Shown here: one piece after another, positions 24,896-38,116 of the stretch
How the letters are laid out: each line of letters begins with the position of its first letter
Position numbering within the stretch: position 1 is the stretch's first letter
From: Camelus ferus
Lineage: Eukaryota
Assembly: GCF_009834535.1 (NCBI RefSeq)
Contig: NC_045698.1
Location: forward strand, 5,024,001-5,088,000
Length of the DNA stretch: 64,000 bases
Direction of reading: 5' to 3'
Notes under the pieces: model-generated
What the model was told of the DNA's origin: nothing
The model's database searches: none
Seen by the model: only the letters and a program-made list of their open reading frames with translations
Translations under genes and position numbers: made by a program

Positions 24896-25677
24896 ATGTG
24901 GTTTTAAACACATTTTGACAATTCTCTAGAAATTTCTACATTTAATTTGCCCAGAAACCAACTTCTATGTCTTTTATTTTGAGGAGGGTTGCCACGTCAA
25001 ATTGGATGGCAACAATCCCTTCCTCTTTCGGTACCAGAATCGTCCATTTCTCTATTCATTTATTTAATATATAATTCATGTTCACATCTAATCTCTCCTC
25101 TAGAATTTGTGCCTTATTCAATAGAAATGATGCATAATTGAGAAATTTTTAATTCAATTCAATATAACATTTTGATGTAGATAAAAACCAGACAGGCCTG
25201 AGTATTTCTTCTCTTTCAAATGTCTGCACTCAAATAAGACTGTTTTACTTTTCCTTCCTTCATCCTCTTCTCTGACAATTCTTTTTAGAAAGGAAATATT
25301 AAATGATACCTAATTTAATTCATGGATTCTAAAATAGTTTGAATATTTTAAGGAACATTTGGGGACTCATACCAATCACCCATTCATCTTTCCCATTCTC
25401 CAAAAATGTGAAAAGAATAGACATAGATATTCGTGTTGTGAATTCCTTTCTTTAACAAACATATATTATGATTATTATGGAATCTGCCTATAGAATGTAT
25501 CTGTATTCAATGAAGCAGCTATATAATTCTTTCTAAGAAAGCATTTGTTTTTAATGCACAGAAAAGTTGAAGACAGTAAACCAGCTAGCATGCACATGGG
25601 TCTCTGTGACATGAACGTCACCTCTACATAAAACGGCAACACTGTCTTTTCATTGGAATCATCATCCTGAACAGAGA

Positions 25678-26309
25678 TGATGCAGGAAAGTGGGTGTGGG
25701 CTGTGAGGAGGGCCATGTCCCAGGCTTCGGCTGAGCCCCTGGGATGTGCCCTGCCAAGTATGGGTCCTTGGCTTCGCATAGGAAAGAATTCAAGAGTGAG
25801 CCACAGTTGAGTGAAGGTAGATTTATTCAGAGAGATACGTTGAAAGGCAAGAGAAAGGCCACGAGGTGTGGGGGTTGGGTGCTCAGATTAAAAGTAGGTA
25901 CACATTCTGCAGACAGAATGTGGGCCATCTCCGAAGAGGGAGAGAGAGGGGTGGCTGTGAGGCACCATGTTGCTGGTTTTTATGGGCTTGGGGGCTTCAT
26001 ATGCTAATAAGTGGGAGGACCAGTCTAAGTAGCCTGGGGATGGAGCTGGGGTTCCCAGGAAGTTGGCCATTTCCCACTCTGACCTTTTATGGCTAGCCTT
26101 GGGACTGCCATGGTGCCTGTGGTCGTGTCATTCACCATGTTAATATTATTACAATGACCGTATAATGAAGCTCAAGTTCTGTTAGAAGTTAAATCTCTCA
26201 TCATCCTGAGCCTCAAGGCCTACCGGGGGTTGAATCTTTCACCATTTTGATGTCAATTGATGTAGCATTCCTTGAATATCTGTGCCCTGCCTCCTTCCAT
26301 CCTGTCTCA
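25678..26309 (-). mobile_element. Solo ERV1-class LTR
   Basis: Termini tgatgcagg...cctgtctca; gggtccttggcttcgcataggaaagaattcaagagtgagcca motif; minus-strand AATAAA (~25822) and TATA-like box (~25980). Confidence 0.85.
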
Positions 26310-27682
26310 GAATTATATCCTTTTTCCAGACTCACATGTTCAAAGTCATATTCTTCATACATCAGAAAATCTTTAAAAAAGGTCTTAACATTTTGTGTAA
26401 TTCAACTTCAACTTTACTCTGGAAAAAGATCTAAGCTTATCATAATTATTTCCACACAAAAATAGTAGTGGCTGCTCTGGTATATAAGTACATTGTAAAC
26501 TCATATTTCCATGTGCCTTGAAAGGCTGGTATTTTTCATGATACATGGCCACTTCCTTCACCAGGGCTAGGATGGACAGGCACATTCTCACATCATCTCG
26601 ACAAAGAAAGCTGAGAACTTTGGACCCACGACATAGACAAAATGTAGGGACACATCTGATGCATCAAAATAAAGACACCGTACTGAGAAGAGGTGGGGGA
26701 ACCACCTCCTGAAGGCTCATCTTGGAAACCTGCACCTGCCAGGTGCTGGTCTCTATCAGGATAAGGACAATGAATTACTGCAGAACTGAGAACGGAGAAG
26801 GGGAGAGGCCTCAGAACCTTGTTTCTGCGCTATGGAAACCCCTGACATGGCTCTTGCAGATGGAAACGGTGATCTGGTCCTCAGGCAGACACTTCTGGTG
26901 ATGAACATTCACTACTCTGGGAGGCAACCCGCTCCATCCCATAGGCTGCAGCTTTCATTGGCTAAGTCAGCTTCTTTTTAACCAGCTTTAAGTCTACCTT
27001 CATGCAACGTCCACTTGTCATTCCTGTAAGTGAAAGGGAAGCGTAGGGATGAGGAAGTCCATGGGCCCTACTGGCCTGGGAGCACAGCGGGCTGATGCCT
27101 GTGAGTGAACATTCCGGGTCAGCTACAGTCAAAACAGGAAATAAACCATTAGCCTATTTTCAATGATAATGGACTCAGAATAGTACTCTTGTCTTTGAAA
27201 GAGTAGAAATTTAATATGTCCTTCTGAATTAGAGTGTCTGATTCTCAACAACGCAAATAGCTCACACCATCCTCTCTTAGTTCCCTCTTTGGTTTGGTTG
27301 AGGGAGATTTTGGAACCAAATCAACAACTTAATCGTGCCTAGATCAGGCACCTTACCAACTGCCAATGGTTTGGCTTCAAAAGAAGCATTCCTCTGAAAA
27401 AGGATGGGTGTTACTGGGTACCACTCTTGAGTGACAATGTTCCCACTCATTGCCTTGTATTCACCTTACTTATGTAATGTTTAGAGATTTCCAGACATTT
27501 AAATAAATAGATGCTGGCCCAGCCAGCCTTTTGTAATATGGTGAAGCAGTAAGAGTGAGAGATTTACTGGAAGAAAGGCACCTTGAAAACTCTTCTGACG
27601 TTTACGAAAAAAGAGACGTTCTGATTCCCCATTAGACTCCTTCCCTCGCCTGTAACTTTATGTAAGACGGCTTATTTCACAG

Positions 27683-27990
27683 CCAATAAATGTTGAGAGC
27701 TAGGGTGTGCCAGACACTCTGCAAGGTACTGAAGGTAAAGCAGTGAACAATAATATGTAAGTCTAAATAAATACAATGCTTGTAACACTCATACCGTGCT
27801 TCCAAGGACACCAGGCAGTCTTCCAGGAACTCACATGTATTAACTCATTTGATCTTTGCAATGACACTGTAAGGAATGTAATGTGGCAGAGAGTCAAGGA
27901 TTGTGCCCAAAGGTAAGCATCCAATAAAAGATGAAGTCTACAATTTAGTAGAGTGGCTTTCAAATTCATCTGGTCTCCACCCCAGAATTA
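27683..27990 (-). mobile_element. L2 3' fragment followed by a MIR fragment
   Basis: caataaatgttgagagc...tgtgccagacactctgcaaggtactgaagg...gtgaacaa; then attaactcatttgatc...gtcaaggattgtgcccaagg-like sequence. Confidence 0.55.
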
Positions 27991-29746
27991 GAAATAACTT
28001 TTCCATCACAACTGGACACATGCACATGTGTGCACACACACACACACTTACATGTATAGAACTGGGATTAAAGTTCTGCCAAAAGACCTGTTTTTACTGA
28101 GGTGAATACGCTCATGCTTTTTATTCTCTTCCGGTATATTCTAATTTTATGCAAAGAAATACACCTACATTAAATCTACTTGTTCTGTAACTGGCTGAGG
28201 AGTGAGGGCTTTTTCTTTTTTTAATCAATTCTTAAACAGAGTGACAATGGAGAATCAAAATGATCATAGCCTTTCATTAATAAAGGCATTATAAAAATAT
28301 ATAGTCAAATATCAAGTTTGTTTCAAATATCAGTTCATGTAGAAATATTTACACGCACATCAACATAGCTTCCTGTATCCAAACTGGAAAACTCGGGGAG
28401 TTGGCTTAATCAAAACAGATCACTTCAGTCTCCATGTGTTCTCTTTGGGTAAGGAATTAATTAAGAAAGAATAACCTTACAACTTGCCCTGTAAACAAAC
28501 TCATCTTGAACAGTCAACACATTTGATTCTTGGGTCAATAAAGCATGAATGAGATCCAGAAATTTTATTAGTTATCCTAATCCTAAAAAGAATAGTGTAT
28601 CGATCATGATTCAGGTTGCTGCTATAGCGCAAACACATGCAGCGTGTCCTTACTGCAGCCAGCGCTAAACTGACTGGGAAGAAACTGTCAGTGTTCACAG
28701 GCAAAATATTTCTTCCTGCATAAAAGGAGCAGAGAAAGGGGGGAAACTGTGAGAGCGGCAAGATCATAATCTTGTACCATCAAATAAAATTTCAAAGGCT
28801 CAGCCCCGCTCCCGGGGAGCTCAGAATGAAGAAGCTATTTGCATCTTATTTCCTACTGAGTCTTTTCTTCCTATATCAAGTGGAGGTGTCTGCCTCAGGG
28901 GGGAGTCCCCAGTTCATCTTGATATGTTTCTGATCACAGAGGGCGTCTATGAATTTCTATTAAAAAAAATATTTTAAGAGCTAAACGAGCATATTCCTGA
29001 CTCTTTCATTCTCTCCTTACTGACAGAGAATGAGTTTAATTTCTGCTAGACATCTGGCTATGGATTCCATCTGGATTTTAGGGTGCTAAGCAGTAAAACC
29101 CCTCATCCTTCAGCCCTAGAGATTTCCCCAGCAGAATCTCAAACCTCTGCTGACCAGGCAATGTGTATTTTGTACTTAATTACTGAACTCAAACTTGCAA
29201 AAGAGGTTAGCAGGTGTTTTGTGAGCCACGTCAAAAAATGACCTATTTCTCATTAATTCACGTTAAACACTTAAAGCAATGCCTTAATGTGTCTAAATGG
29301 AATGGCTATATTTGTGGAAATAATGAGAATGTTCTTGTTACTGTTTCTAGTCCTTGGCGTAATTTCAGAACCCTTTGGCTATTTTTAGGATTTAAAAAAT
29401 ATATTAAAGGAATACATAGTCTTTTTTAGAAAACATGGAACGTAAAGAAATATAAGCATAAGGGAATAAAATGTCTATAATCCCACAACCATAGTTTATC
29501 ACTGATCATATATGTGCTTTACTTTAAATGCACATATATGTATATTTTACTTTAAAACTGAAATAATAGTGAGTAATACATATTCTGATTTTTCTTCAAG
29601 TTATGGAATAATTTTCGAGTGTTATACTTTTGTTAAAAGCATGAGAATGGTCCATCTTTTGAGTACTCAGTGTCAATCCTTACCTCCAAATGTGTCTTAT
29701 CCTCTCTCTCTCTGTCTCTACCTGAGGCTACTAATAGTTTGACTAT

Positions 29747-30004
29747 TGTCTTAGTCCATTTGGGCTGCTATAACAAAACACCATACGCTGAGTGCTTTAT
29801 AAACAACAGAAATCTATTTCTCACAGTTCTGGGTGCCGGGACTCCCAAGATCAAGGTGCCTGCAGATTCAGCGTCTGATGAAGGCCCTATTTCTGGTTTA
29901 CAGACAGCTGTCTTTCTGCTCATGTGTGGAAGGGGTGAGGGATCTCTGTGGTCTCTTTTATAAGGGCACTCATCCCATTCATGAGGGCTCCACCCCAGTG
30001 ATCT
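29747..30004 (-). mobile_element. MLT1A-like LTR (partial)
   Basis: tgtcttagtccatttgggctgctataacaaaa...tttctcacagttctgg...tttataagggcactcatcccattcatgagggctccaccc. Confidence 0.9.
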
Positions 30005-31523
30005 GTTTCCCCTTGCATTCTGCTGCCCCAAGCTTCCGATACCTTGTCTGCAAATCTGACTCTACACAGAAGTTTTCTCTGTATCCTCCAAAGACTTTCT
30101 TTGAATGCATGAACTTTGTAAATCCAATTTTTCACCCATTTTGGTTCCAAATGAGTTCTTTTCAAGCTTAGAATTACATTAATTTGTGTGGCTTATGTAT
30201 TTGGGGAAGCATATCTGATTCTCTGTCAATAGCAGGAAATAGGCAAAATATATACATTCTCCACCTTATAGACATAGCTTGAATATTTTTCCTTCTCATT
30301 TTATTTTGTAGCATTTTCTCATTACCTTTCAGCAGGAAATGACAGTCTCCTTTGAAAATAACTTTTATGTGTTAAAAGGATTGGGTGGCTTTATATGGCT
30401 GAGGTAATTTAAAATCAGAAAGGAATCCATTTTGCAAATGTAATATGTGTAATGCTGTCTTTGGATTCTAGCCTAAAAGACCCTAATTCTTGTCATGGGC
30501 ATTCTCTTTTTCAATTTCAAGATGGTGCCTTTCCATCTTGCTGGCCTTGGGATACAGGTTCCATCAACTTCAGAGATAGGGGCCCAAGTGGCAGTTAGTG
30601 CTGAATATTCATGGCAACGATCCTTCAAGGCCAGGGAGGACTCACCTGGGTTCTCCTTACTCTGCAGAGGATGTGGCTGAGTGCATCAGAATGATGCCTT
30701 CAAAGTTGCGTGTGTACCTATTTCATTCTCCATGTTCCTCTGACAGCAAGGGGCAGGAGAGGCGGTCAAATACACAGATAGCCTACTGTTGCTAGATTAT
30801 GAGCTCCTGCTGGATGCTTGTTGTGCACAATAACCCCTTTAGCCACCAGGACCTTAGGAGGCGGTGTGACCAAGCACATGCACTGACAGCTGAGGCGCAG
30901 AGAGGTGAAGACATTGCCCGAGGCTGCACAAACAGTCAAGCAGTCAGTATGGAGTCTGTGTCTGCTGAACTCCACAGCCCAGGAGCTTCCACCGCTCCAT
31001 CCTCCCTCTCCAAGACAACAGAGCCCAACCTCTGCAAGCCCGGGGGGCCTGGCCGCAGCCTCCCTCAGAGCCCCCGAGGGGACGTCACATGGGTTCTTCT
31101 TCACTTGCAGCTCCACTGCTCAGACCATCTCTTCCTCTTGGGGTCACATCGTCTCCAGTCCCTCTGTCCCTTCCTTTCTATTTCCCATTCTTTCTTCATA
31201 GCACTACTTTTCTGGAAGAGCATCAGTCCCAACAGTGACAAAATGTAAGAATAGTGTTAACGGTAGCACTATTATGTTAAAATCATTCCTAAGCCAGGCT
31301 GGCTTGTGGCTCCTCCTCCAGTGTCCCTGGAAGGCTCTTGACCAGACTTTGGGGTAGGACATGGGACAAGAACTTCTTGGGGGCAGAGAAACAAAGAAAG
31401 AAGGAAGAGGAGAAATAAATGCAGCTTTGAATTCCATCTCCCCTGTGCATTCTCTCTGCCATACATCTACAGTTCATTCCCTTTTATCCTTACCATCTCC
31501 CCATCTTCTGCCATCTTCTAACT

Positions 31524-31642
31524 ATAGTCGACCCTGAGAACACCAGAATCAAGGAAGCTCAAATCCCTTATAGAAAATCACCTCCTACAGTCAGCCCTCT
31601 GTATCAGTGGGCTCCAATTGCACAGATACAGGAGGCCACCTG
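31524..31642. mobile_element. TcMar-Tigger MITE remnant (MER2/MER8-like)
   Basis: tagtcgaccct...acagtcagccctctgtatc...cagatacaggaggccacctg, TA-flanked. Confidence 0.55.
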
Positions 31643-33789
31643 TACTGTCATGACTCTGAATTCTTGCAAAATATCCTTCTTTCCCCAGTTGTCAATGGAT
31701 CTATGCAAGTTATTCTAATGAAATAATGGTCCTGGCCCAGTCATATTCAGACAAGAGGGCCAGAGGTTAGCCCTATTGGGAAGGGGTACTATTTAAATAT
31801 CTTGCAGAAAGTCTAACTCACGAAAGTTTCTTGATGATCATTTTTCATGGGCTAGAATGACCCTGGTGAGCTGAATGCCACATCTGCCTGTGTCTGTGTC
31901 TCACTCAATTAGATGGTGTCTCCCTCTCTCTTCATTGGCAACATTTAATAAGCATGTAATGAATCATTTTCTTTTCCATCATCCCGGGGTCAATATTAGT
32001 CAACAAATAATTAAGTGATGGCTGAGTTCTACCACTATGGTACCAATTTCAAGAATGCATGGAGAGTTAATCATGACCCACAATTTGAATTGAATTTGAT
32101 GGATGGCCCCATTGTTCAGAGCAAAGTGGTAATAGAGCAAGGTTAGCTTTGATGCATTCCATTTTCACATCTTCACAACTTGACATAATAACTTCATAGA
32201 AATTTCTCAAAAATGTATTATTTTGTCATAAAAGAGACATTGAAGAAGTATTACTGAATTTGATGTAGAAAAGACAAATCCAAGTAATTGCACGATTAAT
32301 GGTGGTTTACATCTAGAGACACTGTGATTTTCCAATAGGTAGTGATTTTTGTTACCTTATTTGGACGCTATCTAAGTTCTTTGTATTTCCTCCAAGTTAG
32401 ATTGTAAACTAGACACACCACCCCAGGAAGATGAATTATGGCCATTTTAGTGGCCGGGGAGTATAAGTGACATCGAAATTTTCTAAATCACTCAAGGCGA
32501 ACTGAATGGTTATATACTCAGGTGACTCAGAACACGGTGTTAAAAAACTCATACTATAGTTGTTGTAAGATCAATTGCTTGGTTCTCCAGATTTCAAACT
32601 TTTGTCAAACTAGCAAATCATATTCTCTGAAGACAAAGGTCAGGAATATATGTCATGTGTGACTGAAGTGGACATTATCAAATGCATGTGCCAACAGGCA
32701 CAGAAAGAATTGCAGCACGAGGTACGGGATGACAGTACATAAACCCACGGAGTGATTCAACCCCTAGGCTCACATGTGGCTTCTGGAGAGGTCTCTACCG
32801 AAAACAGCATCCCAAACCCCTTCAGAAGAGCCATGACAGCCCTGGACCTCCTCTCGGAATGAGTGGAAAAGATCACTCCTGGGTGTGGTCAGTCTCCCAG
32901 AGAAATATCAGGATTGGACAATCACGGATAATCATTCCAGTTAAGCACATGTTCATACTTCGCTTCAGAATCGGTGGGCATTGTGGGGCACCTGGGCGCT
33001 CAGGACAGAATGGGCTGCTCCTCAGAGTTAGCTGCTGCCTGGGGTCTGTGTGAAAAAGATGCGCTCCATTCATGTCTCTGGGTGAAGCAGGTTTCCAAGG
33101 CTCTTAAGAAGAAAACCTCTGGAAAGAAGAATGTCCCTATATTTAGGATTCTGTGATTCAGCCTTCACTGAAGGAAGAGATGAGGAACAGGCATGGAAAA
33201 GAAAGAGAAAAGATCAGAAAGCAAGAGAAATCATTTATAGGACTCAGGAGTTAATTACTTGAATTATGCACTTCCGAGAGAGACCTATGACTTCAGTATT
33301 TGAATATACTCATGCTTAGTAATTAAACATTTACTTTCACATGAGATTTGCTGAAAGAATGTTTCATATGATAGGAGATCTATTAATGAAAATTGTTATT
33401 TCATTTTTGATCGCCACTGATCTATTAATTTTTCCCATTTATTTTGGTATCTATAAGTACAAGACAATTTATTTTTTATTTTGATTTTCACACATTTTGT
33501 ATTAAATGGAAACTTTTAGATGTTCCTATACTTAATGTGGTTTTACTCTTATTTTCCTACCCATATTGCAACATGATTTCAGACCAGAGTTTTCAACTTG
33601 AAAGTTAAAATGCCATACTGTACCATTTTCAAAGTATACATATTTTTGAAACATTAGGAAAAAAACATGTGCTAAGAAATTTCAAAATGAATACATCCCT
33701 TAAAATGTATTTTTTTTACATTGGACATTATACATCTCTGCAAAATTTAGTGATCCTGCAAATCATATATTAATTTCATGTGTTTATTG

Positions 33790-35345
33790 TTTTATGTGTT
33801 TTATTATTTGAATTTATTTCTGTATAAATATTCCAACTTACAAAATACCTCTTATTGTTCACTTCACGTGTCGACCTTAAGCACGCAATGTAATGAGGTT
33901 TGATCAGTGTAAACACCAATTGCAATAATGTTCCCATCACCCTCAAAATTCTCTTCTCCCCCCTCCCAGGGATCCCTGTCCATGAGGGGGAACCACTGTT
34001 TGATATCATCAAGACTTCACCTGTTCTTGAATTTCAACAGATGGAATCCAGCAGGAGTGGTTCTCAAGATTCATGCTGTGGTTTGTATCAATATTTCATT
34101 TTTTAAAAATCAGTGAATTCTATTCCATTGTATAAATATACCATAACTTTTTATTAATTCTCCAGTTGACAGACTGGTGCATCTTTTCCACTTTTCGCTA
34201 GTTAATAGGAAAAGCTATTATAAACAAGACTTTTGGAAGTATTAATTTTCTCATTGCTAAAAAATAAGAGTTGTTGGATCATAGAGTTGATATAAATTTA
34301 AATTTATCATAAACTCCAAACTGTTTTCCAAAGTAACATTTTACACATCTGAGAGTTTCAGTTACTCCACGACAGTTCAAATATTTGGTGTTAGTCTGTT
34401 TGATTTTAGCCCTTGGAGAGGTGAGAAATGCTATCTTATTGCTGACGTAATTTTGGCTTACTTCATGACTAATGATATTGAACATCTTTTCATGTGCTTA
34501 TTGGCCATTCAGTACATCTTATGTGTGAAGCATCTGTTCAAGTTTTCTGTCTGTTTTTCAGTCCTTTGTTTTTTCTTTTTTATTGAACGATAAGAATTCT
34601 TTATTCTGGATCCAAGACATTTTTCAAATATACATATTCTGTATATTTTCTCCCATCCGGTAGCTTGCATTATTTTTTTTTCAGTAGTGAATTTTGGAGC
34701 AGAATTTTAAAAAATAACATCCAATTATCAATAGTTTCCTTTTATTCTGAGTACGTTTGTGACCTAAAAATTGTTACCTACACTGAAGATATGCTCCAAT
34801 ATTTTCTTCTACCAGCTCTGTAGTAAATTTTACATTGAGGACTGTGATCATCCTAAATTAATTTTGCTATGACATTTGTTATGTGTTTCTGATGAAATGA
34901 ATCTTTTAATATTAAAAATGTCCTTTAATATCTCCAGTAATACCCCCAGTCTTGAACTCTACTTTGATATTAATATGATAACACCAGCTTCCTTATTGTG
35001 ACTTTTGCATGGCATATATTTTTCCATCTTTACATGTTTCTTCATTTGTGACTATATTTAAAGTGATTTTTTTTTTGTTCAGCATAAATCTGGATCTTGG
35101 TTTTTTTATCAGATCTTCCAATCTCCACCTTTTAATTGGAGTGTTGGGTCTATTCATGTTTAAGGCAACCACTGATATAATCGGGCATAATTCTACCACC
35201 TTGCAATCTATTTCTTTTTGTTTCATCTGGTTTTTATTCCTGTGTTCCTCTCTTCTTGTCTTTTTTTTTCTGTAAGAATTAGTCTTTTGCTATTAGAATT
35301 CCCATTCAACACATATATTGGCTTTTTGTTATACCTTGTAATTTT
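33790..35345 (-). mobile_element. Old L1 fragments (3' part joined to an ORF2 endonuclease-start region)
   Basis: L1 3' motifs (gaacatcttttcatgtgcttattggccatt); ORF 34993-35226 contains IISVVALNMNRPNTPIKRWRL, similar to the ORF2 N-terminus ISIITLNVNGLNxPIKR. Confidence 0.8.
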
Positions 35346-37774
35346 TTAGAGGCTCCCTAGAAGGTTCCATGCAGCAAACTGCAACGTGGGGTTTCTGACC
35401 CCCAGGCTCTGTACTGTGTACTATCTTTGCTATGATCTTAGTATCTCAAAGTTACTTTTAAAATTTCATTTCAAAAACTAAATATACAATTTCAACAGTC
35501 AAGTCTAGGCTTCCTGTAAGCTCATTAATAATAAAATTGGCTGTATTTTAATTGTCTTTCGTTTCTGTCTCCTGCTAACTGTTATTGAATTGAAATTCAT
35601 ATCCCACATATTTCCAAAATAGTTATAATTGACTTCTTAATTAAGCATTACTTAAAATAGAACAATCAGAGCACTGCAACTAATCCAATAATCCTTCTTA
35701 GGGGAGTGGGTGGGTTTTCAATCAATTATCAGTCAATTAAGAAACAGAAAAGCTTCCAGCTGGTTAAGAGAAAAGAGGCAACTCAAGGGATTACAGGATT
35801 ACATAGGTATTAGGGTAAAAATAACAATAACAAATAAAACAAGATTATGATGGTGGGTTGTCCAGCTGTCTGAACAGCTAAGCAGTTGTGGTCCTCCCCT
35901 TAAAGGTCTCATATTATAAAGTGTGCTTGTATGAGAATTTATTTATGAATCCTGAGCCAGTGATCAAAAGAAGATAAACAAGCACAAATAATCCTGCTTT
36001 AAATGCTTAATAAAAAATTGTTAAGCATCCCTACAGTTTAATCATCCAACGATTAGTAGGTTAAAAGGTTGGTTGGAACCAGTACCTACTCCTGCTTTTG
36101 GTTGTGTCAACGTTTGATAAGAAATACACCCACATCCAGCATTTCTTCACACAAATAATGCCAATGTTTATTTTCCTTTTAGCACCCAGAGCCCATTCTT
36201 AAACTCTGGGCTCTGAAAGGAATCTAAGTACCAGCTTGAGTACAAAACTCATCATATAAATTCCATAGGGCACTTTTGTTTAGATGTAATTCACTGAAAC
36301 ACAGAATAGACCCCCCAAAAGAAAAGAGCTGAATATTGTTTGGGTCAAGAATACTTTACTCACAGAAAGGGAAAACATTCTGGAAGAATCCAAATGAAAG
36401 AAGACATCCAATGGGTAATGCGGAAATCTTTGGAAGAATCTGATTTTGTTACACGCTCACATTTGTGATGCCTGATGTCACACCTCACAACTCCTTCAGC
36501 TCTTAGATTTTCCTACAATATACCATTGAAAGAAGGTAAAAAAGGCTGGTGGATATTTTTGTACACCATCAATATAGGGTTAGCAAAAGGGAACTAATAG
36601 CTTAGATTTATAAAATTCTGTCCAGAACAGACATAATTGTATTCAGCATTTGCAAATTTAAAGGCTAAATATAATTCCATATTTTTGTCTCCATATAAGA
36701 ACTGTAACTGGATATAAATTTGAATCAACATTGAGCAAACTCCAAGCTTGATATCTATTCTCTATATTTGAGTTCAGATATTTTAATATTAATTAATATC
36801 TTTTAATTTCTGAGTATATATTTTTTTAAGATGGGCCCTTCACTTGTTGGCTCTTGGGGAAAATATATTTAGCAGTGAAGAGAACTCTACCATAGCAGGG
36901 AAGACAGGTTTCTTTTCTTTCTTTTTTTTTTTTCATGTATTAGTTATCAGACTGTAGTGCAATAATGAGAGTCTAGATTTAAGATTGCCTTTTTATTGCT
37001 TTAGCCTGCTGAGCATGAAAATGTCTTCAACATTTCCCAGTAACTATGTAAATGCAGCATGTCTAAAGAGAGTTGGCACGTTAACCACATCTGGCCATTT
37101 GGAGGTTATTTAATCTACAAGGATTGGCCCCATGAACCCAGCAACCCTTCTCCCCACTGTCCCAGGCACCACCTGGTGCTGAAGTGGGAGCTGAGAAAAG
37201 TGCATTCAGGTGTTTGGGTGCAGCAGAAGCAGATTCTGTCTCTTTCTGTAAAGCTAAATTGATTCTTCATTTGAAATATCGTTTATTACTCTGACAATAT
37301 TTTTTAATTTAACTCATTTTATTTTAAAATGTAGTCACTATCTATGTATTTAACATTCTGTTAATGTTAAAAAAAAAAAGCCCAGGGTTTTGAAATCCTT
37401 GCCCATATTAATGTAAATTATCATGCTTTTATAATAATGAACTACAAAATAAGCTTGGATGCTAGTCATTCATTTCAATTCATTACTTAAAAAAAATCCT
37501 TTCAGAATGTCTTTTACTCAACATTTTAATACCAAAAATATTGTTTGATAATAATGCCTTTCTGTTTTAGGAACGTAATCAGGGTTGACATGGCCACATA
37601 GCCAGCCCGTGGAGACTGGGTGGCAGAGGCACATCAAGGACATTCCCACACCAGGTGATGAGCATCAGTTTTCCAGGTACGGGAAGTGGTGGGAGGGTGC
37701 ATGGCTGAGTGTGTATGTGTGGTGAAAAGTTACGTTGAGGCACGTTAAAAATTTTAAAGGGTTTATTTGGGCAG

Positions 37775-37910
37775 TTTTTTTTAAAGTTAATTTTTAAAAA
37801 TTTGGGGGGTGGGTAATTAGGTTTATTTATTTTTAGAGGAGGAGCTGGGGATTAAATCCAGGACCTTGTGCATGCTAAGCATGCACTCTACCACTGAGCT
37901 ATACCCTCCC
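37775..37910 (-). mobile_element. vic-1-like SINE
   Basis: Reverse complement GGGAGGGTATAGCTCAGTGGTAGAGTGCATGCTTAGCATGCACAAGGTCCTGG...AAACCTAATTACCC. Confidence 0.92.
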
Positions 37911-37930
37911 ACCAAATGAAAGGTGATACA

Positions 37931-38116
37931 TTTTTTCTTGTTTTTTCTTTTTCTTTCTTTCTTTCTTTTTTTTTTAAGTAATCTTTCTTTTTTTTGGGGG
38001 GGGGGAAGGGGTAATTAGATGTATTTATTTACTTATTTTAGCAGAGGTACTGGGGATTGAACCCAGGACCTCGTGCATGATAAACACGTGCTCTACCACT
38101 AAGCTATACCTTCCCC
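37931..38116 (-). mobile_element. vic-1-like SINE
   Basis: Reverse complement GGGGAAGGTATAGCTTAGTGGTAGAGCACGTG...GGTCCTGGGTTCAATCCCCAGTACCTC, with a long A-rich tail. Confidence 0.92.
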